Below, one piece after another: positions 37,005 through 47,957 of a stretch of DNA of 64,000 bases. The stretch is taken from the NCBI GenBank assembly GCA_963818475.1, contig CAWFSF010000006.1, positions 960,001-1,024,000 of the forward strand. Reading direction: 5' to 3'. The translations under genes were made by a program, and so were the position numbers. This stretch comes from Nitrospirota bacterium. GTDB taxonomy: Bacteria; Nitrospirota; UBA9217. Every line of letters starts with the position of its first letter. The stretch's first letter is position 1. The notes beneath the pieces were generated by a model that was given only the letters and a program-made list of their open reading frames with translations, had not been told where the DNA came from and ran no database searches.

Positions 37005-37292
37005 CTCAGGTGGGCATGTTAGGTTCGGTCAATACTGTTTGCAGAAGGGGAGTCGAAAGTCAGGAAGATCGAGGGTCATGCTTGATTTCGACGTAAAGGC
37101 ATCGTCAGAAGAGCCAAAGCCAGTTGGACTGAAATCTCACGTGTCATCTTCGGGGAAACAAGAGGGGACGTCGTTTCTAAGTTTACCACTCCCTTATCGT
37201 GAATGGGCGCGGTTGATGCCTCCGGCGCCACGTGCGGGGGGGTGCAACGGACCTTGACATGACGTCAAGGTCGAGGCCGAGGCCCCACCTCA
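37005..37292 (+). ncRNA. Candidate structured noncoding RNA, family unrecognised
   Basis: Intergenic, with TTGACA at 36971. Nested stems with G-U pairs favour the + strand, and there is a pseudoknot-type AGGCATC/GATGCCT pairing. Confidence 0.5.
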
Positions 37293-37344
37293 TTGGCTCC
37301 GTGCTGGTCGCTGACAAGATCACGATCGGTAATCTACATCTTTA

Positions 37345-38413
37345 TTAACTGTACGTCAGTTTTCGCTCAAGGTCTTTCGAGCGAGAGATGCGCTTTGCCT
37401 CTTCGAGCGTTATGAGTTCCGCTCTGCAGAGCTGAATGAGATGCTGGTCCATTGTCTGCATGTCGTATTCGTCGCGTCCCTTTTCGATATACTGCTCGAT
37501 CTCGTCGAGGTGATTGTCCCTGATGCACGCCTTAATGGTGGAGGTCGCATACATCACTTCAAGGACGGGAATGACCGTGTCGTCTTTTTTCCCTCGTACA
37601 AGCCTCAGAGAGATAATTGCTGATCAGGCTCTCTGCCAGCCTCTGCCTGATATTCTCATGCGCCTGGGGCGGGAAATAACCGACGATACGGTTGATGGAC
37701 GAAGCCGTATTATGGGTATGAAGCGTGGACAATACCAGATGCCCCGTCTCGGCGGCCTTCACACAGGCGTCTATGGTTTCGAGGTCACGCAGTTCTCCGA
37801 CCATGATGACGTCCGGATTCATGCGCATTGCAGACCGTAAAGCAACGCTGAAACTTTCCGTATCGATGCCTACTTCCCTCTGGATGATACAGCTTTTGTT
37901 CGAAGTGAACAGGAACTCGATCGGGTCCTCGATCGTAATGATATTGTAATCGAAATTATCATTGATGAACCTCATCATCGAAGCGAGCGTCGTTGATTTG
38001 CCGTTGCCGGTCGGCCCGGTGACGAGGATCAGGCCGTTCGGGACCTGCGCAATCCTGCCGAGCACCGGCGGAAGGTTCAACTCCTCGAAGGTGCCTATCT
38101 GGTGAGGGATAACGCGCATGACAACGCCGAGATTGCCGCGCTGACGGAAGATGCTCACCCGGAAGCGGCCGACATTCGCCAGAGTATAGGAAGTATCAAG
38201 TTCCTTCAGGTCTTCGGGCAGCTTCCGGTTGTGCTGCGCCATGACCGCGTTTGCGACGAACTCGGTATCCTGTTTCGTCAAGTTCGCGAGCTTGGAGCGG
38301 ATAAGATGGCCGCGTGCCCGGAACATCGGCGGGTTGTCGACCTCAAAATGAATATCCGAGACCTTTTTTTCGAAGGCAATGTTAAGAATCTGATTAAATA
38401 TTGCAATGTCCAT
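37345..38413 (-). CDS. pilT: PilT/PilU-family type IV pilus retraction ATPase, frameshift near 37600
   Basis: SDIHF, GPTGNGKSTT, ITIEDPIE, PDVIMVGELRD, AAETGHLV; the tail ORF 37345..37557 contains MQTMDQHL. Confidence 0.88.
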
Positions 38414-38468
38414 GGCGCCTTTGTACCTCCGCGTTTTATCTTAACCTGAGACAACAACAACCATTTCT

Positions 38469-40267
38469 CTATGATTTTTGAGACGCTTTCGCCATCTGTC
38501 TGCGGAAAAGCGCATATTCCAGAGCAATGCCGACCTGCTGGGCAAGGATCTCGAGTATATCGAGCTGCACCGGGGATGCCTCTTTCTTCCCGAAATCCCC
38601 GTATACGATCGCTACGACCTTTCGATCGCATATCACGGGCAGCAGGACGAACAGCCGGACTCAGGGGCTTGCCTATTTCTTGAAAGAGTCCCTTGAGCGC
38701 TTCATCGCCGCTCTCTCCGTAATACACCAGTCCTTTTTCGAGCACCTCCCGGAAAACCGAAGGTTTTGCAATCGGTATCTTCAGCCTGTCCGCCTGGGTC
38801 GGCCCCATGCTTTTTTCGGAACTCACTCCTATGGCCCTTTCGCCGGTCAATTCCGAAGGACGGACAAAGAACGTGACCGCGCGTTCGAACATCTCGGCAA
38901 CAGCTGCGAGCATCACCAGCGCCGCATCGGAAGGGTTGGTGATCTCGCGAAGCGATTTGATGTCGTCTTTCAGTTCTTTCACGTACCGGTCCGTGGCATC
39001 GAGCCGGTGCTGAAAACCTTTGATATAGGACTTGAAGACGCCGAGAAACTTGATCGTATCCGTGGATGTACGTTTCTCTCCTGACCTCTTTCAACGGCTT
39101 CGGGAGAACGGCCCTGACGCCGTCATGGTACGATTGCAGGATGAAATTAGCTCTCCTGAGGGGAGGCGAGCTGCAGGAGAGGGACCGCGGAGTACTGTCC
39201 CTTCACCCGATCCCGCATGCTGATGATCTTTTCCTCGGAAAACCCGCCCTCCGATCCCGCGGGGCTGTCGAAAACGACCACCGGCATTCTCATGGCAGAG
39301 AGACACTGCGATACGATCCGTTCGAGGTCCTTTTCGTCGTCTGTTGCAAATACGGGTATTCCTTCCTCTTTACAGATGGTCATAACCGAATGCCTGATCA
39401 GTTTATCATTGCTGAACAGGACGACAGCTTTGCCTGCCTGCTGCGCCACAGCGTCGGGCGCAGCCTTGCGATCCATGGATCTCCTGAGGAAAGAAACAAA
39501 TGCCTCCTGCTCTTCGGAAGAAAAACCCGCGAGTATTTCCTTTATGTTCTGGCGATGGATCTCGACCGGATCAAAGATCTCCATTTCGGAAACAGGCCGG
39601 GGTATTTTCTTCTCAAGCCGATCGATATCGGCAAGCCCGAGATCATCCGCGGTAATGGTCGAACGTTCTTCTTTTGTTTCACCGGCGTTTTCCGCTGGAA
39701 GGACATCGGCATAGAGTGCCTCAAAGGACGGAACCTCTTTTCCGGCTCGCGCGGTCACGTTCCCGCTCGTCAAAGATACGAAGTGCATCCATCAAGACCA
39801 TCTGGGCATCGACCCACATCTGTCCAGATCCCGATAGGCTCCGCCTTCCGGAGAGAAACGACGATCGTATCCGTATCGAACGTAAAGGTGCCCTTGGTCC
39901 AGCTCATCAGCTCAACGATCGTCATCTCGACCAGCTTTTTGAGTCCTCTCAGAGCGTCTTCCTGCTTCAGCTTGCCCATCTGCATCAATGTAGCCATAAG
40001 CGGTCTACGGTTCTTGACGGCATCCTTCGTGACGCCCAATGCCTGCTTGAGATCGTCAATGGTTATGGCGCCCGTCTTTACCAGAACGGTCCCGATGCGG
40101 ACGCTGTTGTTGATATGATTTGCACCGACAATATATCCGCTTCTGAAAACAATCTTGCTCTCCCCCTTGCTCCCCTTAACGGAAAAAATGCCCGACTTCC
40201 TCGTTGTGTGGACCAACTGGATAATGTCTACTATATGCAGATGTTCCAGATCTCCGGTAAACGCCAT
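38469..40267 (-). CDS. DUF4388 domain protein with a C-terminal GAF-like region, split by several frameshifts
   Basis: MAFTGDLEHLHIVDIIQL..RKSG (DUF4388). ORFs 39770..40267, 39147..39788, 38702..39094 and 38278..38982 chain together to ...RRQMAKASQKS*. Confidence 0.75.
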
Positions 40268-40771
40268 GTCTCTCGTATTGCTCCTTGGTAATTATCCGCT
40301 TAGGGTACTGAAATATTTGCCTTGAAAGTACACGTTTCATCAACAATATGCAATCGACTATCGTACAGCCCCAGCCCCAGGTCGACTTCCTCTATTTGGA
40401 ATGGGATTATCCAAATATCCGGTTGGTATGCAGAGGGGATAAGTACGGTGGATTATATAATGATAGAGGATAAGAATCAAGTGCGCTTCTAAAAACATTT
40501 AAGAAGAAACATAATAATTAGGAATTGGCAAAAATCATCAGGTCGTTTTTCTTGATAGTGCATTTTTTTGCTTTCATACTGTCTTGTGGCAATTGCAAGT
40601 AAGCTTACCCGTCCACGTTGAGTTGACAGAGAAGAGAGATTGGGAGCGGGACGGGATGCCTTTATCATACGTTTTCAAGGCATTTTGCAACCCCCCTGGT
40701 TACACCACCGGCCCCCCAGCGTCGATCATTGTCCATCGGCGTATTTCCGGGGGTGAAATTGTTTTTTTCCC

Positions 40772-40801
40772 TTGACAAGTCCGCAAGTTACATGGTATCT
40801 T
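40772..40801 (+). promoter_or_regulatory. sigma70 promoter of the rplU operon
   Basis: TTGACA, 18 bp spacer, TATCTT. Confidence 0.55.
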
Positions 40802-40848
40802 AGCGACTCTTAAATAAGCTTAGATGGATTTTTGAAGGAGGAGTCAGC

Positions 40849-41160
40849 ATGTACGCAGTTATAGCGACCGGCGGAAAACAGTACAAGGTTTCGCCCGGTG
40901 ATGTGGTAAGAGTGGAAAGCCTTGAGGCCAAGAAGGGCGATACCCTCGAGATAAAGGACGTTTACATGATCGCCGACGGCGACAAGATAAGCGTTGGCAA
41001 GCCGATGCTGGCTTCAGCCAAGGTCACGGTCGAAGTGGTGGACGAGGACCGCGGCGAGAAGCTGCTCATCTTCAAGCACCGGCGGCGCAAGGGGTATCGC
41101 AAGACCATCGGTCATCGGCAGAACTATACGGCAATCAAAATCAAAGAGATCACGGCATAA
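40849..41160 (+). CDS. rplU: 50S ribosomal protein L21
   Basis: MYAVIATGGKQYKV...GHRQ. Confidence 0.98.
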   Translation: MYAVIATGGKQYKVSPGDVVRVESLEAKKGDTLEIKDVYMIADGDKISVGKPMLASAKVTVEVVDEDRGEKLLIFKHRRRKGYRKTIGHRQNYTAIKIKEITA

Positions 41161-41302
41161 TAAATCACAAAACACAAATTACAAATAACAAATCACAAAC
41201 AATGTCGAAATCACAAATCCAAGTTTGCAAACCTTTGAAATTTGGTTATTGGAATTTGAAAATTATTTAGGATTTGGCGCTTGGAATTTGGATTTTGTAT
41301 TT
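41161..41302. repeat. Inverted array of heptamers between rplU and rpmA
   Basis: AAATCAC/AAAACAC/AAATTAC/AAATAAC units followed by complementary TTGGTTA/TTGGAAT/TTGGATT units. Confidence 0.8.
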
Positions 41303-41316
41303 CCGGAGGATTTACA

Positions 41317-41577
41317 ATGGCACATAAAAAGGGAGTTGGCAGTTCACGGAACGGCAGAGACAGTAATGCACAGCGCCTCGGCGTAAAGCGCTACGACGGC
41401 GAGCTGATCAATGCAGGCACCATCATCATCAGGCAGCGCGGCACCAAGATCCACCCGGGCACGAACGTGGGCAAGGGAAGCGACGATACGCTTTTTGCCA
41501 AGGTCACCGGCGTGGTGAAGTTCGAGCGCAAAGACAAAACGCGTAAAAAGGTGAGCGTGTACGCAGCAGCAGTGTAA
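41317..41577 (+). CDS. rpmA: 50S ribosomal protein L27
   Basis: [16 protein letters not shown]. Confidence 0.98.
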   Translation: MAHKKGVGSSRNGRDSNAQRLGVKRYDGELINAGTIIIRQRGTKIHPGTNVGKGSDDTLFAKVTGVVKFERKDKTRKKVSVYAAAV

Positions 41578-41607
41578 AAACTCATCCTGATTTCAGTATC
41601 CTTTACA

Positions 41608-41636
41608 AGGCGGCATGAAATTTATGCCGCCTTTTC
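41608..41636 (+). terminator. Intrinsic terminator
   Basis: AGGCGGCAT...ATGCCGCCTTTT. Confidence 0.75.
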
Positions 41637-41773
41637 TGTTTGCACGTTCGGACCCTCTATGACAGGGGATCGTGGGCTGACGGCTCCACAATGGTCTCCT
41701 GACACGCTTTTTCCGCTCATGCTGCTTGCATTTTAATGCCGTTATCTGTATATTTCTCACAGGGTTAATAACG

Positions 41774-42847
41774 ATGTCAAATTTTATAGACAGGGTAAAG
41801 ATCAACATCAGGGCCGGCCATGGAGGCAAGGGATGCATCGCCTTCCGGCGCGAGGCCTATGTTCCGCGCGGCGGTCCGAGCGGCGGGGACGGGGGAAAGG
41901 GCGCTGACATCATCATCCGTGCCGATTCTCAACTGGGCACGCTCATCGACCTCAGATATCAGCAGAATTATTTTGCCAAGGATGGTCTTCCCGGCAGCGG
42001 AAAAGAGCAGACCGGCGCCGATTCCGAGGATATCATCATCCGCGTTCCCGTGGGCACGCTGGTGTACGATACCGTGACTCCGGGAGTGCTGGTGGACCTG
42101 GACGAGGACGGCAAGGAGTTCATTGCCGGCAAGGGGGGAAGAGGCGGCAAGGGCAATGCCTTTTTCAAGACAGCCACCAAACAGACGCCCCGGTACGCCC
42201 AACCCGGAGAGCCGGGTGAAGAGCGGCAGCTCTTTCTCGAACTGAAGCTTCTGGCCGATGTGGGACTGGTCGGTTTTCCCAATGCCGGCAAATCGACGCT
42301 CATTTCGACGATCTCTGCAGCCAAACCGAAGATCGCGGATTATCCCTTTACGACACTTACGCCGGTGCTCGGTGTGGTGAAGCCTGAGGGCCGAAAAGGC
42401 TTCGTGGTCGCCGACATCCCGGGCTTGATCGAGAATGCCCACAAAGGCGCTGGATTGGGATTCGAGTTCCTGCGCCATATCGAACGGACAACGATCCTGC
42501 TGCATATGGTGGACGTTTCCGGCATGGTGCCGGGCGACCCGGTCGAGAACTTTGAAAAGATCAATAATGAGCTTGCTCTGTACAGTGACAAGCTCTCGGG
42601 AAAGTATATGGCGGTGGCAGCCACCAAGATCGATGCGGCTATCCCTGAGCAGGTAGAGGAGCTGGAGCGGTATTGCCGAGAGCATAAGTATATGTTCTTC
42701 CCCGTATCATCGGCAACGGGCAAGGGTATCGCAACCCTGGTTAACTTCCTGTCTGAAAAAGTGGAAGAGGGGCGTAAAGAGCGCGAAAAAGTCGCCCAGG
42801 TTGTTCCGAAGGAAGCAAAACAGGAAGTAAAAGTAGAAGGTGAATAG
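41774..42847 (+). CDS. obgE: GTPase ObgE/CgtA
   Basis: Gly-rich Obg domain, GFPNAGKS, YPFTT, DIPGL. Confidence 0.97.
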   Translation: MSNFIDRVKINIRAGHGGKGCIAFRREAYVPRGGPSGGDGGKGADIIIRADSQLGTLIDLRYQQNYFAKDGLPGSGKEQTGADSEDIIIRVPVGTLVYDTVTPGVLVDLDEDGKEFIAGKGGRGGKGNAFFKTATKQTPRYAQPGEPGEERQLFLELKLLADVGLVGFPNAGKSTLISTISAAKPKIADYPFTTLTPVLGVVKPEGRKGFVVADIPGLIENAHKGAGLGFEFLRHIERTTILLHMVDVSGMVPGDPVENFEKINNELALYSDKLSGKYMAVAATKIDAAIPEQVEELERYCREHKYMFFPVSSATGKGIATLVNFLSEKVEEGRKEREKVAQVVPKEAKQEVKVEGE

Positions 42848-42963
42848 CTATCTGCAAGTCGCTGTATTTACGGTGAAATAAAACATTAAGATTATCTTGA
42901 ACTATTCGATATGTCTGAATATCTGAAACCAGAAGGGCGTTACACCAGAGAAAACTACTTTTG

Positions 42964-43076
42964 TCCGCAGATTTCGCAGATGGACGCAGATTTTAAAAAA
43001 GACATAATTTAGTGCTTGTTTTAATCTCTGAAATCTGCGTCGCTTAGAGGCGCCTACTTTTGGATTCTGCGGATAG
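42964..43076. repeat. Inverted array of CGCAGAT-containing 9/10-mers
   Basis: TCCGCAGATTTCGCAGATGGACGCAGATT ... AATCTCTGAAATCTGCG..CTGCGGA. Confidence 0.65.
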
Positions 43077-43131
43077 ATATATTGACCTGAGCAGTTAAGA
43101 TTATCCTGAGCTGTGGTTTGCGGATTCAACC

Positions 43132-44295
43132 ATGATCACATTGGGTCTTAGCATGAAGAACGCTTCAGCCGATAAAAAAGCTATCCTGTCCAAAGCGCGC
43201 CGCGTGGTGGTCAAGGTGGGCAGCGCAGTCCTGACCTCCTCGGGCGGGGGGCTTGACCAGAAGAGGATCGAGCAGCTCGCCAAAGAGATCGTTTCGATCA
43301 TGGACGGGCGGCGCGAGGTGGTCCTGGTCTCGTCCGGGGCTATTGCCGCCGGCCTGGCAAAGCTCGGCCTGAAGAAGACCAAAGGCATGCCCCTTCCTTT
43401 GAAGCAGGCTGCTGCTGCCGTGGGTCAGTCGGGCCTCATGTGGATGTATGAAAAGACCTTCGGCGCCCATGGCAAAAAGGTCGCCCAGGTACTCCTTACG
43501 CGCGAGGACCTGTCGAACCGGAGCAGGTTCCTGAACGCCCGCAATACCCTCCAAACTCTCCTCGAATACGGCGTCATCCCCATTATTAACGAGAACGATA
43601 CGGTTGCCGTGGACGAGATCAAGTTCGGGGACAATGACAACCTTTCAGGAATGGTCGTGCAGCTTACCGATGCGGACCTCCTCGTGATACTCTCGGATAT
43701 CGACGGGCTTTATACTGCCGATCCCCGGATTCACCCTGATGCCCGGTTCATTCCCCTTGTTGAAAAAATAACCGCAGAAATGGAACGGGGCGCGGGAGAT
43801 GCACTGTCCGGAGTTGGTACGGGCGGGATGCGCTCCAAGATCATGGCTGCGAAAAAGGTCGGCGCCTACGGTGTGCCGATGGTCATCCTGAACGGTAAAA
43901 AGACCGGCATGCTTGCCGCGTTGTTCGACGGCAGGGAAGCGGGGACGCTGTTCCTTCCCCGGCTTGAAAAAATGGACAGTCGCAAGCACTGGATCGCATA
44001 CACGGCAGCTTCGAAGGGCGGCATCGTGGTGGACGACGGGGGACGCGATGCCCTGGTACATAAAGGAAAAAGCCTGCTGCCGGGCGGGGTGGTCAGTGTT
44101 GAGGGAATGTTCAAGGTGGGCGATTGTGTGAACTGTCTGGACATCAGGGGCACGGTGTTCGCACGGGGGCTGACGAAATATTCTTCAGGAGAACTCGACA
44201 GGATCCGCGGCCTGAAAACATCGCAGATCGAGTCGGTACTGGGTCATAAGGATTATGATGAAGTGATCCACCGGGATGATCTGGTGATATTGTAG
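43132..44295 (+). CDS. proB: Glutamate 5-kinase with PUA domain (alternative start 43153)
   Basis: VVKVGS, VSSGAIAAG, NENDTV, FGDND, GTGGM. Confidence 0.97.
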   Translation: MITLGLSMKNASADKKAILSKARRVVVKVGSAVLTSSGGGLDQKRIEQLAKEIVSIMDGRREVVLVSSGAIAAGLAKLGLKKTKGMPLPLKQAAAAVGQSGLMWMYEKTFGAHGKKVAQVLLTREDLSNRSRFLNARNTLQTLLEYGVIPIINENDTVAVDEIKFGDNDNLSGMVVQLTDADLLVILSDIDGLYTADPRIHPDARFIPLVEKITAEMERGAGDALSGVGTGGMRSKIMAAKKVGAYGVPMVILNGKKTGMLAALFDGREAGTLFLPRLEKMDSRKHWIAYTAASKGGIVVDDGGRDALVHKGKSLLPGGVVSVEGMFKVGDCVNCLDIRGTVFARGLTKYSSGELDRIRGLKTSQIESVLGHKDYDEVIHRDDLVIL

Positions 44296-44311
44296 CGGAG
44301 GGAACAACGGG

Positions 44312-44821
44312 ATGAAAAGGCTGATCCTGTCACTATTGCTGATATTTTTGTTCACGCCCCGTGCCTCTGCTGCGCTCAAGCTGAATGATCCTGCTCCGCT
44401 CTTTTCTCTTCTTGACGTGACCGGGAAGGAGTTCTCTTTAGGGGACGTGGTTGGCGCCGGAAGCACAAAAAAAGGCAACGGTGTTATCGTGAGCTTTTTC
44501 GCCTCCTGGTGCGGGCCCTGCAGGCTCGAACTTCCGATCATGAATTCGCTGGTCAAAGAACTGCGGAGCAAAGGGATCACGGTGGTGCTTATCGACTTCA
44601 AAGAGAGCCTTACTACGATGAGGGCCCTGCTCAAAGAGCTGCAGGTGGACCAGCCCATTGTTCTGAGCGACATTGATGGAAAAACGGGCGAGAAATACGA
44701 GCTCCGGTTCCTGCCGACGACGTTCTTTATCGGGGCTGACGGGAAATTAAAGGACGTCATCTATGGCGGGATAGACAGTGCAAATGAATTGCGGGCCGGT
44801 GCGGATAAGCTTTTAAAGTGA
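44312..44821 (+). CDS. TlpA/ResA-like thiol-disulfide oxidoreductase
   Basis: Signal peptide; [13 protein letters not shown]; LPTTFFI. Confidence 0.9.
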   Translation: MKRLILSLLLIFLFTPRASAALKLNDPAPLFSLLDVTGKEFSLGDVVGAGSTKKGNGVIVSFFASWCGPCRLELPIMNSLVKELRSKGITVVLIDFKESLTTMRALLKELQVDQPIVLSDIDGKTGEKYELRFLPTTFFIGADGKLKDVIYGGIDSANELRAGADKLLK

Positions 44822-44851
44822 TCATCATGATCGTGCGTGCAGGAGGAATCA

Positions 44852-46110
44852 TTGGACATCAAACAATACGTATCCGATAAGGCAAAAAAGGCCAAGGCCG
44901 CATCGCGGGTCCTGGCGAACTGCTCGACAGAGATCAAGAATAATGCGCTCTTCAAAATGGCGGCCGGGCTCGAGAATGGAAGCCGGGACGCTCATTGCTG
45001 AAAATAAGAAAGACCTGGTTGCTGCCGAACAAAAGGGCCTGTCCAAGGCCATGATCGACCGCTTGACCCTGGATCCGGACAGGATCAAGGCCATGGCTGA
45101 TGGTCTGCGCGAGGTCGCGGCGCTTCCCGATCCCGTAGGCGAAGTGACCAGGATGTGGCGGAGACCCAATGGGATGCAGAGTCGGCAAGATGCGGGTCCC
45201 CATCGGGCTCATCGGGATCATTTACGAATCGCGGCCGAACGTGACCGCTGATTCAGCCGCGCTGTGCCTCAAATCCGGCAACGGCGTACTGCTCCGGGGC
45301 GGCTCCGAAGCCGTCCATTCCAATACCGCGATCGCGAACATTTTGTCACGAGCTGGGGCCGAAGCGGGCATCCCCGAAGGAGCAATATCGTTCATCGAGA
45401 ACCCTGACCGCGCCTGTGTCATGGAGATGCTCAAGCTGAACGGGGTCGTTGACCTCATCATTCCGCGCGGCGGCGAGGGGCTGATCCGCATGGTATCGGA
45501 GAACTCGACGATCCCGGTCATCAAGCACGACAAGGGCGTGTGCCACGTGTATGTGGATTGCAGGGCCGATGCGGCCATGGCAGGCGAGATCTGCTTTAAC
45601 GCCAAGGTCCAGCGGCCGGGAACCTGCAACGCCATGGAGACCATGCTGGTGCACAAGGACCTCAGCGCATCGTTCCTGCCGGCGATGCTCGATCGCTTCA
45701 TGAAAGCAGGAGTGGAGATCCGGGGATGCTCCCGAACGAAGACCTTCGTGCCTGCGGTGAAAGCTGCTACGGACAAGGACTGGGACACGGAATATAACGA
45801 CCTGGTGCTGAACGTGAAGATCGTGGACAGTATGGAGGACGCCATGGAACATATTGCTCTGCACGGTTCCCAGCACTCGGAAGCGATCGTGACCGACGAT
45901 TACGCAAAGGCCCTGCGGTTCCAGCGGGAGGTGGACGCCTCCGCCGTGTTCGTGAACGCCTCGACGCGCTTGAACGACGGGTTCGAGTTCGGGCTCGGCG
46001 CAGAGATCGGCATATCGACCACCAGGATCCATGCGCGCGGGCCCATGGGACTCGAGGAGCTGACCTCGACCAAGTTCATCGTGTTCGGGAATGGGCAGAT
46101 TAGAAAATAA
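44852..46110 (+). CDS. proA: Gamma-glutamyl phosphate reductase, two frameshifts (~44980, ~45175)
   Basis: SD AGGAGG with a TTG start; [35 protein letters not shown]. Confidence 0.93.
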
Positions 46111-46163
46111 CGGTTCATTCGCATTTAAGCAGAAAGACTTGTAAAACCGAAATCCAGGATCAA

Positions 46164-46270
46164 GAATCTCTTTGGAGGAGAAAGAGGGAAGTGGGCGAAA
46201 AGGGGTAACCGCATTTTAATAAGAGTTAATCCCCATTTCACCATCCTTCTCCATTTCTCCTGAAAGGTTC
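46164..46270. repeat. Inverted array of purine-rich ~9-mers
   Basis: GGAGAAAGAGGGAAGTGGGCGAAAAGGGG versus CCCCATTTCACCATCCTTCTCCATTTCTCC. Confidence 0.6.
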
Positions 46271-46392
46271 TCCTGTGAGTTTCTCTGAAGTAAATCCATG
46301 AAAGAGCCCAAATAATTTCTGCACGGGACGAGTGATGGTTTTAGACATACATCCGCGGTCCGAAATCCGCATCCCGAAAATCCGGAGGTCGT

Positions 46393-47052
46393 TTGTCACA
46401 GAGGATCGGCATTCTCGGAGGAACCTTTAATCCCATTCATTACGGCCACCTTGCCGCGGCAGAGGAAGTATGGAGCCGGCTTGAGCTGGATCAGGTTCTG
46501 TTCGTTCCCTCGTTCTTGCCTCCTCATAAAAAGAACGAGGTCATTCCCTCGGCAGCTCAGCGACAGGAAATGGTTGTACTCGCTATCGCCGGGAATCCTC
46601 ATTTTTCACTTTCCGACATTGAAGTGAAGCGCGAGGGGATGTCCTATTCAATCGACACCGTCCAGGAGCTGCTTCACCTTCACCCGTCAACTGATTTCTA
46701 TTTCATCACCGGGCTCGATTCCTTTCTGGAGATCCAGACATGGAAGGAATGGGAACGGCTGCTTTCACTCTGCAGATTTATCGTGCTTTCCCGTCCGGGG
46801 TATGTCTTTTCCGACCTGGCTTCGATCGACTTCATGAGTACAGCCGCTAAAGAGCTGCATGCGCTGGACCAGGGTGCATTAACGCGGGCAGTGCTGGAGA
46901 CCGGCAGGAGCACGGTTCATCTGGAACAGATACCGCTCTATGATATTTCTTCCACGGATATCAGACAAAGGGTTAGACAGGGGCGTACGATCAAATATCT
47001 CTTGCCTGAGTGCGTGGAAACTTATATAATCAAAAATAAATTATATGGTTAA
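46393..47052 (+). CDS. nadD: Nicotinate-nucleotide adenylyltransferase
   Basis: GGTFNPIHYGH, ISSTDIR. Confidence 0.96.
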   Translation: MSQRIGILGGTFNPIHYGHLAAAEEVWSRLELDQVLFVPSFLPPHKKNEVIPSAAQRQEMVVLAIAGNPHFSLSDIEVKREGMSYSIDTVQELLHLHPSTDFYFITGLDSFLEIQTWKEWERLLSLCRFIVLSRPGYVFSDLASIDFMSTAAKELHALDQGALTRAVLETGRSTVHLEQIPLYDISSTDIRQRVRQGRTIKYLLPECVETYIIKNKLYG

Positions 47053-47422
47053 TTCCCTTGAAATCGCCCAGCTGATGGCTGAGGCGGCAGACGAAAAAAA
47101 AGCATACGATATTCTGATCCTCGACCTCCGGGGCCTGACCTACCTTGCCGATTATTTTGTGATATGCTCGGGAAGTAACACCACGCAGGTTGGGGCGATT
47201 GCTGACCAGATAACGCAGGTTCTTGCCAGGCAGGGGGTCCATACCTCGCACATTGAGGGGCAGGCAGGGTCGAGCTGGGTGCTCATGGACTATGGCGACG
47301 TCGTGGTTCATATCTTCGACGACCAGGCCAGGATCTACTATAGCCTTGAAAAGCTCTGGAATGACGCACCCCGGGTGCGGCACCGGGTCGGCCGTCGCAC
47401 GCTGCAAGGCGCCTCTTCATGA
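47045..47422 (+). CDS. rsfS: Ribosome silencing factor
   Basis: DYFVICSG, WVLMDYGDVVVHIF, YYSLEKLW. Confidence 0.96.
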   Translation: MVNSLEIAQLMAEAADEKKAYDILILDLRGLTYLADYFVICSGSNTTQVGAIADQITQVLARQGVHTSHIEGQAGSSWVLMDYGDVVVHIFDDQARIYYSLEKLWNDAPRVRHRVGRRTLQGASS

Positions 47423-47889
47423 GGTTCGGCATCGTCTGCATGGGCAGGACCCGTGAACCCTTCATTCAGGAGGGGATACAGAAATATCTGCGGTACCTGG
47501 GGCCCTATGCAGAAGTAACGCTCAGGGAATTGAAGGAAGAAAAGATCCAGGACCTCCGTGAAGCACCGGTCGTCAGGAAAAAAGAAGCTGAAAAGATCTT
47601 CAAAGCTCTTCCTGCCGGAGCCGTCCTTGTTGCTTTGGATGAACGCGGTGAAGAATACACATCTCATGAGTTCGCTTCTTTTGTGAATGACCTGCTGGAG
47701 TCCGGTGTCCGGGATGTGCTGTTCGTGCTCGGCGGCGCCATGGGGCTTGATGAGACGGTCACCGGGCGGGCAAAAAAAGTGATCGCCCTGTCCCGCTGGA
47801 CCCTGACGCATGAGATGGCCCGGCTGGTATTGCTCGAGCAATTGTACCGGGCTTTTACGATCATCAAGGGAAAGACGTACCATTACTGA
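47419..47889 (+). CDS. rlmH: 23S rRNA m3Psi1915 methyltransferase
   Basis: LDERG, LGGAMG, LLEQLYRA, YHY. Confidence 0.96.
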   Translation: MRFGIVCMGRTREPFIQEGIQKYLRYLGPYAEVTLRELKEEKIQDLREAPVVRKKEAEKIFKALPAGAVLVALDERGEEYTSHEFASFVNDLLESGVRDVLFVLGGAMGLDETVTGRAKKVIALSRWTLTHEMARLVLLEQLYRAFTIIKGKTYHY

Positions 47890-47957
47890 TCACGCGGCCG
47901 GTTCGGGTGCTGGTGGTTGCAGAAACGTGGTAAAACGCTCATGAGAAAGGGTACCTG

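Noticed and set aside
37005-37292. tmRNA, RNase P RNA, SRP RNA or cobalamin riboswitch
   Set aside because: No T-arm/CCA end, no GAGGAAAGUCC, no SRP GGAA/AGCAG loop and no B12 box were found
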